Of a stretch of DNA of 49,797 bases, positions 46,788-49,797 are shown piece after piece; position 1 is the stretch's first letter, and every line of letters starts with the position of its first letter. Origin of the DNA: Nemertoderma westbladi. Taxonomy: Eukaryota; Animalia; Xenacoelomorpha. Position numbers and translations under genes: made by a program. The stretch lies in NCBI GenBank assembly GCA_032718475.1, contig JAUCBJ010006634.1:1-49797 (forward strand), given 5' to 3'. The notes beneath the pieces are model-generated. The model did not search any database. It was not told the DNA's origin and worked only from the letters and a program-made list of their open reading frames with translations.

Positions 46788-47216
46788 GTCAGTTAGGAAC
46801 ACTGGTCACTTTCTGGCTGAAGCTCAGCCAAAAATTGTCCACATATTTACAGCCAGAAAGTGTCCGTGCAGCCACTATTTGTCCTTCACAGGCTGCGATT
46901 ATATTTCCGGACATATTTGGCTGTTACTCCAATAGTACTCAAAGCAGAAGCTGGGCACATTTTTATTTTTAATATTATGACTGTATGATAGTTATCCCAA
47001 CGATGAGATTCTAATTCTCAAATCAATTTATACAGAATTTTATGGCGATTCTAATGGCATAATTTTTAGAATGCCAATGTTTAAATTTCACTGCCGGTTT
47101 TCAAATGAAATTTAGCATTGTTTTCTATGGAGAAATTTCACTCTGAGAGCGTTTTCCGCGGACACATTCTGGCTGTAAATTGGACATATTGTGACCAGTG
47201 TTCCTGACCAGCTGAC
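46788..47216. mobile_element. MITE-like inverted-repeat element
   Basis: AGGAACACTGGTCAC (46795-46809) is inverted at 47191-47205, with an inner inverted pair ATTTACAGCCAGAA(A/T)GTGTCCG; exact ends uncertain. Confidence 0.6.
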
Positions 47217-47406
47217 TGTAGGTACTGCAGTAGGTCTACTGACATAGGCCTATCTCGATCGGGATATATCAACCTTTCCAAAATGCGGGCTAAACTCTTT
47301 CCGGTTTATTAATAATCCGGTTATTAATAGGCCTACTGTAATACCGGCAGACCGGTACTGAAATATGGAGTTGGAATCCATTATCGATATTTCATTATAT
47401 ACCGGC

Positions 47407-48180
47407 CAGGGCTGGCAAAAACCTTAGGTTTTTCAAAACAAAAATTAGGTTTTTGCAGGTTTTTGGAAGGTTTTTGCAGGTTTATTGAATGTTACCGCTA
47501 GGTTTTTGTAGTATTTCTTTCAGGCTGTATTTGTATGTTGATTGATTAGATTGACCTGACTGCCTGAGCTTGATTGGTTTATCAGTTCATTCGTTATGGT
47601 TAGATAAATTATATGGGGCCGGATTTGTAATAATAATAGCCCTACAGTAATACTGTAAAAAAAAAATAGTAATAATATCAATTTGATCAAGATTATATTT
47701 TATACAGCCCATTGCCTTGTAGATACAGATAAACCTACAATATATTATATTACAATAAATAATCGATTTAAATTTTGTTTTAAAAAGGGATAGGGTAATA
47801 TTAGCAGATTAGTCAGTCCAGCAGTGAGGTTTTATTGTCGGCATAGTTTAAGACAGAAACTCAAGAGTCTGTACATGTACATTTTATGCGCATGAAACCA
47901 AAATATTTTTGTCATCAGAAATTTTCAAAAACACAAGCAATTTGGCTCTTTTTGTGATCAAAAACCTAAAAACCTAGTTTTAGGCCCGTATGCTAAGTGA
48001 CTTTTTTGTGCGCCGAACGCGACGCGGCGCAGATGTGCGCCTGCGCAGTCGAAAACAGTGCAAAATCCGCGTGGAAAAAATTGTGCGCCGAACGCGTTCG
48101 GCGTACATGCCCTACTTAGCAGAATGGGTTTTAGGCTTTTTTCAAATTAAAATTTCAAATAAAAACAATAAAAACACCCC
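47407..48180. mobile_element. Truncated hAT-like non-autonomous element
   Basis: CAGGGCTGGCAAAAACC terminus followed by GGTTTTT repeats, with AAAAACC repeats near 47960; no matching right TIR seen. Confidence 0.35.
47983..48130. mobile_element. ~148-bp Harbinger/Tourist-like MITE
   Basis: Imperfect TIRs GGCCCGTATGCTAAGT / ACTTAGCAGAATGGGTT flanked by TTA...TTA; GC-rich core with TGTGCGCCGAACGCG twice. Confidence 0.5.
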
Positions 48181-48580
48181 TTCTGTCTTGGAGTTGTGGG
48201 GGCCTTCTGGTCTGGAACTCCTGCCTGCTGCCATTTTAGAGTCGAAGCAGTTGAAGTTTCAGCAGTTGAAAGTTTAACTTCTCTTTCTGTCCTTGACTGA
48301 ATATTTTTATCATTAAATTGCAGTTTTGCACACATTTATAACTTTTTTACACCTTACAGCCTTATCCGTGCACTTTGACTTTTACTATTTTGCACAGATT
48401 ACCGTGCACTTTTGGTGTTTTTCACACAATTCTGCGCACTTTTATTTCAATTCCGCGCACTTTTACCGCGCACTATTTCAAAACCGCGCATAACGCGTTG
48501 CGATTTTTGCACTCCATTGGCAGCCTGGAATATCAGATAGTGCTGTTACAGACTGACAGTGGTATAATTTTAAGCCAATT

Positions 48581-48718
48581 AGGAGGCCCCTTGTTCGATC
48601 CCTTGTTGCCTTGACCGTGTAGCACTGTTTTCTGTTTGTGCAGTGTTTTAAAAACGGTCCTCCGAATAACCCCAAACCAAAAACCTGGTCAAGTCAAGGG
48701 ATCGAACCAGGGCCTCCT
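48581..48718. repeat. Short inverted-repeat (hairpin) element, TA-flanked
   Basis: AGGAGGCCCCTTGTTCGATCCCTTG...TTGACC pairs with GGTCAAGTCAAGGGATCGAACCAGGGCCTCCT. Confidence 0.65.
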
Positions 48719-48842
48719 ACGTCTGTACGTGGAATGCACTCCCCAGTTTCTGGTTAAAATTCCCTAGTTTATTTTAGTTTATTCTTAGTTATTTGTTAGT
48801 AGTGTTTTTTCTGTCTGAGATATTACAGGATTAGATGTATGC

Positions 48843-49797
48843 ATGATGACTTCTGTTAGACAATTGGCTAGGGAAAGGAAGCGTAAACTAGATGATGAAG
48901 TTGCTGAAGTATTTGGGAGTATTAAAGTTGCATCTTTAATTAATTCCAATCCAACTGACTCTCCACTCCCAGATATTCAATCTGGCTCGTGTAGTTCGAG
49001 TGCTGGTACAGTTATATCTGTTCAGGAATTACAAGAAATAGGATCAGGTTCAGATTTTGAACATTTTACTGATGATGCCAGTGATGGTGAAGTTGAAAGA
49101 TACTGTAATGGTGGTGGTAGTAATAATACGAATGTCAATAATAGTACCGGTAATAATGGATCTATGGTTGTTAGTCACAGTCCCAATAGGCATGAGCATT
49201 CTTCGTTTCTTTGTTGCAAATTGGCTTCATGTTTGGATGAGAATCGTGCCAACATATCTAATAATGTATTTTCTTCAATATTGCGAGTTTTGCATGAATA
49301 TCACCCTTCCCTTCCCATCACAACTTCTGTGCTACTTAAAGATCATCAAAGTATAGTGCCCTATTCGGAATGTGTTGTTTATCCATGCTCAGGGGGTTTT
49401 ATGGCATTTTTCGGTTTTGAAAACAGTAATCTAAATGCAAATAGCAAACTTTTGGTAAACATAGATGGTGTCCCTCTCTCGCGTTGTTCTGGGCTCACAC
49501 TCTGGCCGATTTTAGGTTGCGCCTATGGATCTAGTCAACCTTTTCCAATGGCGTTGTGGGCTGGAAAGGTAGGTAAACCTACTGACATAGATCAATATTT
49601 AGGTAAGTTTGTGGTCTTGATTCAAGGATCACTTATCAAGCCATACTTGTTAATAGCGGATTCCCCAGCTCGTAGTTTGATCTGTTGTACCAAGTCTCAT
49701 GGTGGATATTTTTCATGTAACTACTGCCATATCCCTGGTGAGGCATGGCCACCTGCTCCAGAAAGATTTGAAAAGGTTATATATCCTGGAAATAGGT
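48843..49797 (+). CDS. EnSpm/CACTA (CMC)-like transposase, 3'-truncated by the window edge
   Basis: Manual translation from ATG 48843 stays open for 318 codons to the window end (absent from the ORF track because there is no stop): HPSLP...LLK, GGFMAFFG, VNIDGVPL, LWPILG, GKP, ADSPARS, KSHGGYFSCNYCHIPG. CCG(T/C)GCACTT subterminal-type repeats lie at 48366-48490. Confidence 0.8.
   Translation, partial: MMTSVRQLARERKRKLDDEVAEVFGSIKVASLINSNPTDSPLPDIQSGSCSSSAGTVISVQELQEIGSGSDFEHFTDDASDGEVERYCNGGGSNNTNVNNSTGNNGSMVVSHSPNRHEHSSFLCCKLASCLDENRANISNNVFSSILRVLHEYHPSLPITTSVLLKDHQSIVPYSECVVYPCSGGFMAFFGFENSNLNANSKLLVNIDGVPLSRCSGLTLWPILGCAYGSSQPFPMALWAGKVGKPTDIDQYLGKFVVLIQGSLIKPYLLIADSPARSLICCTKSHGGYFSCNYCHIPGEAWPPAPERFEKVIYPGNR

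Noticed and set aside
48581-48718. tRNA or tRNA-derived SINE (GTTCGATCCC B-box-like motif)
   Set aside because: No A box or cloverleaf could be built; the motif is part of an inverted-repeat pair.
49057-49356. 99-aa hydrophobic ORF
   Set aside because: Alternative frame overlapping the longer transposase-like frame.

Overview
AT-rich eukaryotic (most likely invertebrate animal) genomic window with two spliced host genes, both on the minus strand. One is a 5-exon actin-related protein 1 (centractin, dynactin Arp1; 6877-15485). The other is a TDRD5/Tejas-like piRNA-pathway gene with four LOTUS (OST-HTH) domains and one extended Tudor domain (42471 to 30981, probably continuing to a fourth exon at 19878-20222). 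Most of the remainder is transposon-derived. A nested stack comprises a MITE interrupted by a 9.9-kb Foldback/Mutator-type element with inverted 53-bp arrays, which itself holds a full-length, apparently intact APE-RT LINE and another 9-bp-TSD element. There are also several other non-autonomous TIR elements, RTE fragments, and an EnSpm/CACTA-like transposase ORF running off the right end. Two observations stand out. (1) The 6.85-kb 18-bp minisatellite in the Tudor gene looks like a ~380-fold tandem amplification of that gene's own exon 2 5' splice junction, giving hundreds of donor copies, and those in the first ~60 units would add (KYGEVG)n in frame. (2) LINE ORF1 and ORF2 are in the same frame, separated only by one CAA-TGA-C stop, which is followed by a hairpin and an AUG-less 71-codon stretch encoding a canonically spaced C2HC zinc finger; this suggests readthrough or non-AUG expression. 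All family assignments come from motif recognition by eye; no searches were run.
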